A DNA stretch of 62,056 nt, the filler included, from Squatina squatina (taxonomy: Eukaryota), in assembly GCA_031763465.1 (NCBI GenBank). It is 3 parts of 3 records of this genome, joined end to end, with 100 filler letters (N's around TTAATTAATTAA, not from the genome) between each part and the next. Parts side by side here need not be neighbours in the genome. Positions count along the whole stretch, not along the records: positions 19,839 to 41,495 come from JARFOE010000080.1; positions 41,596 to 62,056 come from JARFOE010000004.1; 1 more part is not named here. One strand, 5' to 3'. A program made the translations under genes and the position numbers. Below the pieces are notes generated by a model, which saw only the letters and a program-made list of their open reading frames with translations, was not told the DNA's origin and made no database searches. Positions 36,183 through 49,373 of this stretch are shown piece after piece; position 1 is the first letter of the stretch; each line of letters begins with the position of its first letter.

Positions 36183-38629
36183 AATAGTGTTGCAGTACAA
36201 ATCATCCATGATCTTACTGAATGGTGGNNNNNNNNNNNNNNNNNNNNNNNNNNNNNNNNNNNNNNNNNNNNNNNNNNNNNNNNNNNNNNNNNNNNNNNNN
36301 NNNNNNNNNNNNNNNNNNNNNNNNNNNTCCTTCCAGGGCCAAAGCTGCTTGAGGGTGACCCAAAAGGATACCTGTGGTGACCCATTCACCTTTGCAGCAG
36401 CCTTCCAGTAGCCCTGCTGCGGCCACAGGGGATTCACTTAGGAGGAGCCAAATGGTGGGCAAGTTAAAGAGAGGATATAAAGAAATGCACAAGGGTAAAT
36501 AGAAAGCGCATTGATTGGGAATGTTATTTGATAGTGATTAAAAAAAGACTTCTCTAAAAATATGAAGCAAGGACCACTAAATGTTCTGAGTACTGACTAC
36601 TGTGAACCAATTTTTTTGTTGGATTATAGGATGAAGCATGAGGTTTTCATAAATGTAAACTGAGACCCATGTAGCTACTGGAAAAAAAATGATCATATTC
36701 CAAGCTGCTGCTTCCAAATCCCATTTTCACCGTGAAATGTGGTTTGTATCAGATAAATCTGTAAATGCAGATGGCAACATTTGTGAAGGCGTTTGGAAAC
36801 TATGAATATTCTGGAGTTCCCTTTGATTGGTATTGTGAAAGCTGGTATTATGCTGAGGTTTGTACTGCTGATTTCATTCTGAAAACATTTGCATTGAATT
36901 TTGCTTTATAACCTGAAGCCTTTTTCTTTTGCAAATGTCACTATTTAAATTAAACCACATTTCCATTTCAAACAGAACATCATCCAGAATGGCTATTTTT
37001 TTTTAACAGAAACTTATAGCTAATATAATGTGAATTTTCGGTACGTGCTTTGCATTTTTTTTCAGTGCTTTATTTTCCCTACATTTTTATGCATAGTCTG
37101 GTAGCAAAATCCATAATTGACTATTCCAAACAGTACTTCTGTAATGATGTGGAACGAAAAGATAGCAAAACTTGTAAAAATTTGGTGCTGTGCGTTCAAC
37201 TGTAAAAGGAGCTGTTAAATCAAGGCAGTGGCGCATGCAGCTTACAGTCAATAAAAGGTTATTATTACTGTATATACTATTTTGTACAAAAATATAAGTA
37301 TTTTTATTTCTAATGGAAAGCTGGATAGTCCACTGAGTGCTTGGTTAACAATACTTAAAGAGCGATGATATTGAGAGTGTTTTATATAAGAGGACATGGT
37401 TTGCGTCATGTTTAATAAACCACACAAACCTTTTCTAATTAGGTCATTTCTATAAGCTATAACCAAACTGTCATCATTAATAGTGCACCCGTATTCCAAT
37501 TAAAATTGTAACAAGCAAAGGATAAAGAGACCTTCTGGCTAATAGAAACTTTCTATAATTGAAAAGTGTCTGGCTCAGATACTTTAGTTTTATTGAGTCA
37601 TTTGTCTGAAAACAATACCAGTTAACATTTGCTTTTATAATCAAAAAAGTGACTCAATCAGCTATTAAAAGACAGAATATCTGTTTGTCATATTANNNNN
37701 NNNNNNNNNNNNNNNNNNNNNNNNNNNNNNNNNNNNNNNNNNNNNNNNNNNNNNNNNNNNNNNNNNNNNNNNNNNNNNNNNNNNNNNNNNNNNNNACGTG
37801 TGAAAAATGCATTGGTCCTGATGTCACCTGAGTTGGTGGGTCCTTGGCTCATGTTCCCACGGTGATAAATCTCCTTTCTGGGCTGTACAGCTTCAGCTTT
37901 AAACACAGTAAATATCTCAGCTCTTGGAATAATGAGAAGTTATTGTATTCCACTTTAATTGCCCTGTTGAGTAACAGACCCTTTTCTTTTTGGGTAAAAT
38001 ATCAGGAATTTAAATGCATAAAATGTAGATAATATCCCATTGAGGCCGATAGTGACAGAAATATTACTCCATAGTTGCAACAGCTCTTTTCATCAGGTTT
38101 ATTGAAGGCGAGCATATATTATGGTCCTTTATATACAACCATGTATCATCTGTTGATAATGAAGTCATCAGAGCTCGCTTAAATGACTAGTCAGGTCTGA
38201 ACCACTGGGCCTCAGGCTTCAACTCCAATCAATCACGCTGCAGATTTCTTTCTCCAAGGGCACATTTACTTAGAACGATGCTTCGGGTGAGGTTATTCTA
38301 TTTGAGCAGAGAACACACTCTCTTTTCCTTTGGTCACACATCACTGGGGAGAAACTAATGCAGAAACTCTTTGCATGTAAAATTAATTTGAAAGAATACT
38401 GCTGTATTTCATTCAGTAAGGCTACTTTTCTGTGTTGGAATAGGACAGCAGTTTAAAACAAGATTATGTTTGGTTTTAATGGTCTGTTAAGACAGCCTTG
38501 GGTTCCTTGCTCTTTTAGAAGCCTTCACTNNNNNNNNNNNNNNNNNNNNNNNNNNNNNNNNNNNNNNNNNNNNNNNNNNNNNNNNNNNNNNNNNNNNNNN
38601 NNNNNNNNNNNNNNNNNNNNNNNNNNNNN

Positions 38630-38882
38630 AATCTTTTCTGCACCCTCTCTAAGGCCTTCACATCCTTCCTAAAGTGTGATGCCCAGAATTGGACACAATA
38701 CTCCAGTGTTTTATAAAGTTTCATCATAACTTCCTTGTTTTTGCACTCTATGCCTCTATTTATGAAGCCCAGGATCCCGTCTGCTTTTTTATTCACTTTC
38801 TCAACCTGCCCTGCCACCTTCAACAGTTTTATACATATACCCCCGAGTCTATTTGTTCAAGTATCCTCTTTAGAATTGTATC
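38630..38882 (-). mobile_element. CR1 LINE ORF2 C-terminal fragment
   Basis: KVAGQVEKVNKKADGILGFINRGIECKNKEVMMKLYKTLEYCVQFWASHFRKDVKALERVQKR. Confidence 0.92.
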
Positions 38883-41289
38883 AGAAAGTTGAATGATTTT
38901 CATGTAAATTTTGTATTGTTGATGCATTTATTTTGTTACAAACCTTATTTCCAGTGATACATTAGTGGGAAACAAAGAGAGCAGCTGGAAGGATTTTCAC
39001 AAAATATTTTGAGCAATTTGTTTGGTTCACTTTCTCTCTTTTTACTGTGAAGCCTTGTTGACGGTCACATTCTAATTGGGTATTTTCATACATCCATTAC
39101 ATTTATTATTGGATGGTTTTTCTGCTTTTACTGAATTCAGTTAACATGTTTCCTGTCTCTTCAATTTGGTTTGTGGCTGATTCACAAATGTATGAAAATG
39201 AGGCCAATCAGTGCAAGTACGACATAAAATTTTCATATAGGGAAAGTATAACCCCTGAAGTTTCATGTAAAAAATGCATGCTAGAAGCAAGACTTTTATA
39301 TTAATAGATTATAGATGATTAAATGAATTCCATTGGAAAGGGAAATGCAATAGCAGTTGTTTAAATTAGGAAAAGGGAATAATTATTATGTAGCTAATAG
39401 TTGCTGGGATTGGTTAATCAGTGGAATCATTTTTCACTCAATGCATTCTCAGTTGGCATTATACCACACTAATTCTGTATAAATAACAGTAGGGAATAAT
39501 AGTTGGTATAGAGGTACCCTGCTTTGCATTGTTTGAAGTAAAGCTAATCTTGCACTGCAGTACATGGCTCATGATGAATGTTTTACAACAACATTTGTTG
39601 CATAGGGTACAGCCATTCTGCTCTTTTGTTCAAATGAAATTCCAATATTTTAGTACTTCTCTCTGCTGATATCAAAGCAGAGGTGGTTTATGGGCTATTT
39701 GCTTTAATATGTCAAACAGACCCCAGGACATCATGGCACTTTCCTGAAAACCAGTTATTACTGTGAGCGAAGTACATTCCCATGCTACGAGATGTCAACT
39801 GATTAAATAGATAGTCCCATTAAGTAGCTGAATTACCTCATTTATGTTGATTCTTTGTGAAAATATTTCTCTTTTTTCTGTCTTTTCAGCCTGATTCAAT
39901 GTTTTGTCCCAACTTGAATATAACATTGAAGTTCAAGCTAACTGATCTTGAGCTATACTTTTACACTTGCATTTAAAAATAAATACATCTGCAACTGTGC
40001 TTGTAGGAAGACATGTTGCAGTTATATTTCTTCTTTACTACAAAAATGGCAGCTTAACAGTTGGAACTCTAAAAGTGTGCACATGTACATGTACAATTAT
40101 TATCTAATTATTGATTTGCTCTTAGGTTAATTGCCCCATTCTAAAGAAGAGCTAATGGGCCTCTGATGGCCCTATGAAAGAGAGATAGGGATATTAAACC
40201 AAAAGGAGCTTGCTATTTGAAACGTTGTGTTCTCTTTCCAGTTGCATTCCACATTAGTTTTTGCTTAAGTGTGGCTTATTAGGGTTGCACTAAATGCTCG
40301 TTTTTCACCTATTGTAATTAGAGCAGGTTTGGTAGCTGAAGCAATTTGTCTGACTGACTTTTAACCTGAAAGTTGCTAATTTGAGCACAAATGTTGCCTT
40401 TTAGTTGTTTGCCTCAGTTGGAAAGTTATGCCCATTTTCAATTTGAATGCATTTTAATAGTGGACTGCTCCATCTTAGGGGGGATGGAGAACAGAAAGAA
40501 TGGTATTTTGGGATACAGGGTATGAATAATTTGAGACTTGATCTGTGGTAGGTGTAGCTTGTTTGGGAGGTAAGTTTAGACCTATGATTCCCAAAGCTCT
40601 CGACCACTAGGGTTTTACTCTCCGCCACTAAAGGTTTTTCTCATGTCATAACTGGGTCTGTTATAGACTAATTGATAGAGATTGATTGCTATAATTAGTC
40701 AACAACTCAATTATCATTGTATCAGGTGACTACCAGGATCGTGGAAAGCGAACTAGATGGACCATGGTCTATGTTCCTAACACAAAGAATAATTTGTACT
40801 TGTAAACGAGAATCAATGTTGATTAATTGTTATGTAACGATTTGCAAGTTCCCTGTCGTTAGTTGGTACTGGCCTTTTCATTCCTGCCGTAAAGCAATAA
40901 AGTGTATGTTTTNNNNNNNNNNGCCCATGATTTTTATCCAGCAATTCCTATATAAATCCTCTTAGCCTTTTTTATTTGTGACTCTTTTACCAAGTGGTGG
41001 TTTGCTCCTTGCTAAGGGAATTTCTGTGGGAGCTGTGGCTTCTGAAAAGAATAACAAAGAATGGTATCTGATCACTCCCTAAACTCCTCCACCTCCCTCT
41101 CTTCCTTAATATCTATTTCCATGACCAAGCTTATCTCCTTTGGTTCACCATCCATTTTTCTTTGAATATATCTCTGAGAAACGGTTTGGGACATTTTTCT
41201 ACATTAATTTATTTATGTAAATTCAAGTTGTTGCTGTAGTTATCAAAATTCATCTAGTGTCTAAGTGCCATGAGGCAAAAGGATTAAGG

Positions 41290-41495
41290 CTCGTACATAT
41301 GATCCTCCGCACAGTGAGTTTCCAATCCCAGCCATGCTTTTTGTAATCATTTGACTTTTTACAACAATCCAACATCTTCATTGCCACTTTTTGCTGATAC
41401 AATCTTTACATTTCCATATTTTAAAATAAAATTCAAATTCTCAAACTGCAATGGTGAGATTTGAACTCAAGTTCCTGGATTCTAAGTGCAGGCCC
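41290..41495 (-). mobile_element. tRNA-headed SINE, decayed (same family as 7790-7942)
   Basis: aaattcaaattctcaaactgcaatggtgagatttgaactc...ctggatt. Confidence 0.55.
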
Positions 41496-41595
41496 NNNNN
41501 NNNNNNNNNNNNNNNNNNNNNNNNNNNNNNNNNNNNNNNTTAATTAATTAANNNNNNNNNNNNNNNNNNNNNNNNNNNNNNNNNNNNNNNNNNNN
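41496..41595. other. Artificial scaffold-joining linker
   Basis: 44 N + TTAATTAATTAA + 44 N. Confidence 0.97.
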
Positions 41596-43401
41596 CATTT
41601 GCTCAGATGCTTATTCCACATCTGGAGGCATCTCGAGCTCTGTATGGAATTCTTGTAAAGTTAGGACAAGGTACAGATTCTCTCACATTAGGAGCAACAA
41701 AAGCCTTTGCATGTGTTAAAGCATGCAGGTGCTGACTCCATTGTTGCTGTAGCTCAGTGATGATCAAACTCAGGTCAGTTTGCAGTATAACTCCAGTCCA
41801 CTGATAAGGGTATCACAGCTGGTGTTGCTTGCCTCAGACTTGTAGCTGCAGCAGACCTGCAATGTGGATTATACTACAGTAACATTATAAAGGGCAAAAT
41901 GTAGTAGGCTTGTGTTAAAATCATTGAAAAAAAGAATGAAATAGTGCACTGTAAATGGTGGACCAAGAAATATTACAGTAAATCAAGAAAAATGGAAATT
42001 AATGGCAATTCTCTATCCTCTCCCAGATTAGTACTCAGCAATATATTTCTCTGCTTTCAAATTATATGTAAAAAAGTTCTCTGACATGTATTTAATATTT
42101 TCTGACGCACATGTTTTGTTTTTAGTAACTTCCCTTTCTTGTGCTTTGAAGGTCTTACAGAAAACTTAAGAGCTGACATAAATGGTTTTCCTGTAAATTA
42201 ACAATTTGCAACTGTGTGTTATTGTAAAGATAATAACCAGCAATGTGAATATTTTAGAAAAAAAGGCCTTAAAATTACGATCGATAATGAAGATCTAGTA
42301 ACAAGAAGTGCGCCACTAAAACATTTGAAAATATCACTTGATGCAACAACACCCCCACACTCCCCCACCAAAAAAGAACTGTTAAGTGTTTTGAAAATAT
42401 AATCAACTGTCGATCTGTGCAAATTTTTATTACTTAATCTCCTAGGAACCTTTGCCAATGAATCCTACGAGATTTTGTAGAGTGCACAGCAAAAGCCTGA
42501 AATTATAATTCAGTGATAATGTTACCAATAACTGATTTTAGTTCCCCAGCTGTTCCATTTAAAGACTCAATGCCAGTTTCCTTCTACTATCCTGTGTGCA
42601 CTTTGATTAATTTTGTATTTGACATGACTGGATTTGTCATACCCTTTTAGAAGCCATAGACAAAACAAAGCATTAACAAGGTCATACCTCAAATCCACTG
42701 ATAGTTCCTTAGGAACATTGACAATGTACAAGCTGGTTGTAAGAAGGAAAGCTTAATGCAATAGCATTTTACCTACAACACAATTTGCCTCTAATGCCAT
42801 GCTGTACCGTATTACTACGTTAAACCTACTTTGAGCATCTCTTAGGACTGATAGTCATTTAATAAAGGTAAATGCGGTTGCTCAGTCAGCCAGAACACTC
42901 TTCTCACTCCTCAACTGTAGGACCAGGAGAAGAACACATAAATCTAATTAGAGCAGCGGTTCAAAAAGATGACACACCTCATGAAGGATTTTAACTGTGT
43001 TCTACTTTTCTTCAATTTGCCACTTCAGGTAGACAATATGCTTTATAACACAGCATTAAAGATGTAATTTGGTATTTGGGCAACAAGCAATGTTCAGTAT
43101 TCATCATTTTTACCATCTGCTTTACCATTTTGGTATTCATTAAGAATAATATCATTAATTAAAAATAATACATGTTAATGAATGAAGAATTTTCTTCACA
43201 ATATGCTTAGGGGCAGGTCTAAGTACGTATAGCCCAATTAATGTGCAGAAGACTTCTCTTATTTCAATTTCCATGCTTATTAAAGCTGATTTTTTTGATG
43301 ACTGATGAACTAACCCAGGCTGTTTTTTTCTTATTCTTATTGGCCCTCTTATTAGTCATAACTCAGTCTCCTGAAATGCAATAAGCAAGACTGAGAGAAA
43401 A

Positions 43402-43570
43402 AAAGAAAGACTTCCATTTGTATATCGCCCTATTCCTCAGGATTTGCCTCACAAGCTATTTTTAAGTGCAAGTGTGATTGTTGTTATGTAGGCAAATGTG
43501 GCCAGCACTCTGTGAGCAGCAAGATCCAATAAACAGCAATGAGATATCTGACCAGTTAATCTGTTTTCTG
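43402..43570 (-). mobile_element. Deu-SINE 3' half
   Basis: aaagaaagacttccatttgtatatcgcc...cagcaagatccaataaacagcaatgagat...gaccagttaatctgtttt. Confidence 0.7.
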
Positions 43571-43619
43571 GGTGTGAATGAGAGGAGCAACAAGGATGAC
43601 TGGACAGCAAGAGTAGCTG

Positions 43620-43775
43620 TGAATAGAGGAAGGAGGAGGAGGGCACTGTGCATGAGACCATGCCAACAACAGCTATTCAGGGAGGACTTTTCCTACACGA
43701 GCATTTCGAAGGAGCAAAGTATGAGGGCGTCTTCGCTTCACAAAGGAGGCTGTCACCGAGCTATAACCTGCTGCC
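43620..43775 (+). pseudogene. PIF/Harbinger transposase N-terminal fragment
   Basis: RGRRRRALCMRPCQQQLFREDFSYTSISKEQSMR, frameshift, then RLRFTKEAVTEL. Confidence 0.7.
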
Positions 43776-45574
43776 TTTCTTTACCTATCCTAGTGCCCCT
43801 CCAAAGTGTTTTCCCAGTGCCTCAGCTTCTCGCCGTGAGCTGCAGCCCTCTGGCCCAGCTGGCAGTGTGGCACTAACAAGGGCACTGGTGGGGTGGGTGG
43901 TGGGGAAGCAGGTATGCTGCCCAGTGCATTTAACAACTTCCTGGTATATGTCCATGAGCCTTCCTCGGTAGCCTGGGTCCTCAAAGTCAGCATGTGAGCC
44001 CTCTGCAACAGAGCTGGTATGTGATCTCGTGCGCTGGCGAGCTGGCATCCATGGCATTCTATAACCCTGCCCAAGCTCCTGCACATTTGTATTCAATTGA
44101 AGTCATTAGTAACAAAATCCCGTTTTACACTATCGCCCAAAGTCTAAATTACCCCCAGTACTATATAAAAAATGATTACAAAGAAGCAGCTGCAGTTTTT
44201 TTTACTGTGAACAACACTATTTAACCATCACTACTGGAACCAGAGCTGCAATGCTACAAGAACTGAACTACCAAGTTATTGAATTTCAAGCACTCATATC
44301 CAGCTTTTTATATGCAAGCCATACCTAGTCGGTCACTGTCAGTGAGAAAACACAGGCTGACAGATTTTGTACATAAGACCAATGTCAAAATTTACTGCAA
44401 TGAAAGAATTGTTTTCTAATTAAATTTTTGTTTGAAACTCAGTAATATTTGCTTTGTTCGATATGGGAAGATGTCCCAGACCACAGACCAGAAAATTGTG
44501 TTAATCATTATACTTTTATATATGAACGCTTGCGGTATTTTCTCGCCCTGATTTTAACTGTGCAGGGGCCGAAGCAAGTGAGAGATTGCACGGCAGAGCC
44601 AGTGTGCAGGCCGAGCTACTTTAACTCCAGGCCTCACTTAAATTGAAACACTGGCTCCCGCTTGAACCCACCATGAAGGAATGGTTCCAGCACTAAGGTA
44701 AGTCATCAGAGGAGGAGGAGGAGGAGGAGGGTGGGGGTTGGGAAGTAAGTATGGACAGGGGAAAGGGGAAAGTCCAGGCAGGGGAGACCCAAGGGGGAGA
44801 AATTTGTGTTTGCCACGACAGTTAATGGTGGCTGAAAATGGCGCAACGCTAACGAGACAAAATTTGTTGGGGGTGGGGGGCTGTAGATTGGTGGCTCAGT
44901 GCTTACCTTCCAAGCAATGCCATCCTGGTGGCGTTAGTGGAGGCGTCCAACCTGAAGTTCCTGTCCAGGTGTGGCATTCGCTTCGCACAGTCTCTGGGAG
45001 CGAGGTTCTGGAGCTCGCAAGGAATTTTAGGCAAAGAAAAGGCCTGTGAATTAAAGGGGTGATACACTCAGATGTAATACAAATTCAAATTCAGTGCAAC
45101 AATGCAGCTTTCAGCCCTTTCTNNNNNNNNNNNNNNNNNNNNNNNNNNNNNNNNNNNNNNNNNNNNNNNNNNNNNNNNNNNNNNNNNNNNNNNNNNNNNN
45201 NNNNNNNNNNNNNNNNNNNNNNCATTTATATGCTTTGCCACCTACCTCCATGTCCATTGACTGATTTTTCTTGGCATGCATGCTCATCTGTTGGGAAGAG
45301 AACCTCCTTCCTGATTCTACCATTCCATTCGTTTCTCCACCATTGCAGTAGAAAACCTTGGGGTCCTGTTGGAAATCATTTTGCCTGGCGCTGCACAATC
45401 TGGCTGGTCACGGTTCCCCGTGATAGAAAGCACATCCTTTTTAAGGTGCTGCTGCAGGCCTTTTAGTAGTGGCTGCCATGTGAGAATTGCCGTCCCTCTC
45501 GTATCATGATCTGTCTATTGGGAGGGCGCTGAATTCATTTATATTAGGCCCGAAATATGAAATGGCATGGACCA

Positions 45575-45740
45575 ACGTGCACTTTAATTTTTTGGGGGGG
45601 GTACACAGCCCCTTGAAAGGGCTGCGTGGCCCATTTAAAATACTGCGCATGTGCAATTTTCCTATTTAAAAGTTGGTGAGCTGGCTGCGGGGAACTGCAG
45701 TGTTGTGCGGCCACATGGCCCCACGCCAACTCATTCAGTG
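45575..45740 (+). mobile_element. Short non-autonomous DNA element (hAT-like), copy 1
   Basis: Homologous to the insert at 60711-60837 (taattttt ggggg..cagcc..ggcccatt..aaag..tgagctggctg). Confidence 0.55.
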
Positions 45741-47176
45741 GGTTTTGTATGTACCCCACCAACCTAATTTGCACTCCACTCGAAAATTGCCGTCAACCCC
45801 CACCCCTCAAAATAAAGGAAGTTCATGACAGATGGCAACCCGATGTTGCCCTGGGCCAAGGAGCACTGATCAAAGACAAATTCTTTGTTCGTGTGGGGTT
45901 AGTAGTCACACTGCACCGATTGAAGTGAAAACTCTATTGAAAGGCAAGTTATCAGCACCAACTTAATTCCAATGAGAGTGTTGTTTTGTTTTGTCTGAAC
46001 TATATCTGTACCAGGTGCAAGACAGAATGTATTATTTACTAACAATATTCTGCATTTCTGAATCTTGCCTAGCTGAATGCCTAATTCGGAGATTATGCAA
46101 TGCTAATGCTTATGAGGCTATCTGACTACAAACACATGCCTGCCATCAAATTACAATTAGTAAATGAAACATGTAATAATTTATCTTTGTTGCATCCAGT
46201 CAAAGCCTGTTGAGTCCAAAACCAACGTATTCAATGAAAAAAATGCAACTGTCCACTGAAGATACAATGCCTTGAGCAAGAAAACTTCAAAGCTTCTAAA
46301 TCTCTGAAGATTAATTCGTTGATGATGTGCTGTCTTCATGTGGGATTATCTGTCAACACTACTGAGGTATGCAGTGCGGAACAGCTGCCAAGTTCCGGAA
46401 ATGAATTTAGAAGACATGAGGATAAAGGTGAGCCCATCCCTGACTCAGCCCCCCTCCCGGCCCATCACCTCTCCCTGACCTCTTCCTCACCCCACAATGA
46501 ACGCTGAAATGTCAGCAGCCGATAACGCTGGCTATATACTTTATTAGGGGTTTTTTCCCGCTACAAAATTGTTGAACACATTCACACTATTCAGGATAGA
46601 AAATTACACACGATTCCAAAGGCTGAAATAATGCTTCAATTAAGGATTAAGCAGGAAAATCTCTGATATTTTGGGTCGCTCAAATAAGATGGTGAGAAAA
46701 TAAGACTCACAATCTAGTAAGCTATACTTGGCATATACACAATAGAATATCCTGGACTTTGCTGGCCCTAACAGAATAGTAGCTTTTTTGAAGGGCAAAA
46801 ACTCAATAAATGGAACAAGAAAAAGATGCTTATCCAAAGTATTGCCCATTAAGTATCTGAAACCTGAGTGACTCAACAGCACAATCTTGTGTCATGGTAC
46901 AGAGCAGTGACTGCTCTGTTAAAGATGCAAGCACTCTGCACAGAACTTAATAAGTGGATGCTACAGGGCAGAGATAAGCCTTGTGGGTTAAATCCAGCCC
47001 TGAAGATTGTCTGAACAAGCCTGCCGTGGTCCATTAATTATATATTAAAAAGAAGCTGTTGGCAAGCCTTGTTAATGCAGAAAGACAAATGAACGCAGAG
47101 AAAAAAGAGAAATGAGAAAAAGAGATGAGCAGAAAGTGAAATGGGGAAATGAGAAAGAAGAGAAACCTAGAAATGT

Positions 47177-47882
47177 TGGCCGGAATTTTCTGAACCTGGG
47201 TGGGTAGTGTGCGGGCGGTCGTCGTGGTGAGTTGTGACACCGTTCTTGCTTCCATCCCGCTGCAGAAATTGACTTTGCGCTAATGGGCCGATTAAGCCTG
47301 CCCTGCGTGTTTTCTGGTCCTAGTAAATGGTGCAGATCTGATGACGTTATCCATGATGCGTATTCAGCCAGGATATTTAAAGCAGCATTGCATTTAAAGG
47401 TTCGTCTAGGAGCATGCAGTCACTGCCCTGGAGCTTTTGACTGTTCCAAACACTTGGAAACATGACTCCCCAGAGACAGAGGGCCACACCCAGGTTCACC
47501 GATGACTCCTTCCATTTGATTGTGGAAGGAGTCCGGGCACGCAGGGAGGTCCTCTTCCTGACCAATGGGAGGAAGAGACCTACCCAGGAGTCAAAAAGAG
47601 CCTGACTCCAAATAGCAGAGGAGGTGAACAGTAGGGATGTATTCAGGAGGACCTGGGTGCAGTGCCGCAAACGTTTCAATGATCTCATTAGTTCAGGAAA
47701 GGTGAGTACTAAGCCCTACCCAACTTCATTCTGCTGTGCCTCTCATCACATTCCCATCACTCTGCCTTCCCAACCGTACTCCTGCGCATCCTTACTCACA
47801 CCAACATACCTTACACGTCCACACATCTCTCTCTCTCCATCTATATTATCACATTCCCATTTTACTAGCCACCCCTCACACT
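47177..47882 (+). mobile_element. PIF/Harbinger element with Myb/SANT exon 1
   Basis: Terminus GGCCGGAATTTTC. Exon 47462-47701: MTPQRQRATPRFTDDSFHLIVEGVRARREVLFLTNGRKRPTQESKRA*LQIAEEVNSRDVFRRTWVQCRKRFNDLISSGK|gtgagt, one stop. The intron is homologous to the 28-kb copy. Confidence 0.88.
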
Positions 47883-47955
47883 CATAGAAACATAGAAACA
47901 TAGAAAATAGGTGCAGGAGTAGGCCATTCGGCCCTTCGAGCCTGCACCGCCATTC
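47883..47955 (-). mobile_element. Young CR1 LINE 3' end
   Basis: (CATAGAAA)3 tail then ataggtgcaggagtaggccattcggcccttcgagcctgcaccgccattc. Confidence 0.9.
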
Positions 47956-49127
47956 NNNNNNNNNNNNNNNNNNNNNNNNNNNNNNNNNNNNNNNNNNNNN
48001 NNNNNNNNNNNNNNNNNNNNNNNNNNNNNNNNNNNNNNNNNNNNNNNNNNNNNNNCCACAATTATCACCACAAAGTCACTGGTGATAGATTAGTTTTATT
48101 TTGATATTTGAATAATCATTTATCTTCTATAATGAAAAAAAGTAGAAACATTTTTTTGTTTGATGTGGTTTAATATTGCTGCATTATTGTAATTATCTAT
48201 CTCATTATCTTGCTGTCAGTCTAGCTCTCTCTCTCTAACTGTTCATCCATCCAAAGTCTCATTTACAATAATACTCTGGCAATAATACAATTACTGCTAA
48301 TGAAAACACCAAGCAAAATAGCAAAAAATGAAAGCTTCTCAAGGAGCAACATCACAGAGTCTCATTAAATGTTAAAATTACACATAAAAATGAGAAATTA
48401 GGCCTGCAAGATCTTTTTCTTGGCTATTACATCTGTAATGATCACAATTGCATAAAATTGATAAAATTCCTATGCTGATGAACTTGAATCAACTTGCCAA
48501 AATGACTCCTGCAGTTTTTGAGACTATTTTTATGCTTTATTGACAGACTTTGTAGTATATAGAAAAGAGGTTCTATTAGCAAATTTGAACTAGTTATTAC
48601 CAAGAATGGCCCAGCATCTTGCATATACAGAAAGCTGATGACTAATCTAAAGAGCAATTTAATAATTAGGTTCAATAATTTTACAACATCAAACAAACAC
48701 AAGCTATAATTTTGAGGCAACACATTTCAATGCCTGATTTTCACTTTATTGACAGATCGTGTTAAATAATCTTGCTAATTCATAAATGAGATTCCCCATG
48801 ATCCAGGATTTCAGAATGAATAATGTAGATGCAAACCATTTATTTAACTTGAATGGGAGTACAAAAATAGAAGAAAAGGGTACAAAATTAACAAGCCACA
48901 AGCTGGATTTGAGATTGGAATGATTTTTCATAGAGCAGGATATGTGAAATGAGTTTGAGCTAATGCAGTTAATACTGCATTGATTAATACCATTAGAAAT
49001 GAGTGGATGGAAATTTATAAGGTTAAGTGCAGGTAGAAGTGATCATGTACTTTATGAAGTATGGTGGGTCTTCACCTCACATTCATGGAAATGTCAAGCC
49101 AAGGAATACATATTCAGTCATACATTG

Positions 49128-49273
49128 TACAGGGAACCCTCTTCCCCTCCACTTTCTCCTGATCCCATCCCTTCTTCCAATCTCACCCCCTGCCGCGTTT
49201 TCACTATCCCACCTGACCTTCCCCTCTCTGATTCTGAACGATCAGTCCTTAGCAAAGGTCTGAGTTTCATCCC
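49128..49273 (+). mobile_element. Penelope-like element ORF fragment
   Basis: PCRVFTIPPDLPLSDSERSVLSKGLSFIP, matching the 'LS..E.SVLSKGL.F.P' motif upstream of the PLE reverse transcriptase. Confidence 0.8.
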
Positions 49274-49373
49274 NNNNNNNNNNNNNNNNNNNNNNNNNNN
49301 NNNNNNNNNNNNNNNNNNNNNNNNNNNNNNNNNNNNNNNNNNNNNNNNNNNNNNNNNNNNNNNNNNNNNNNNN

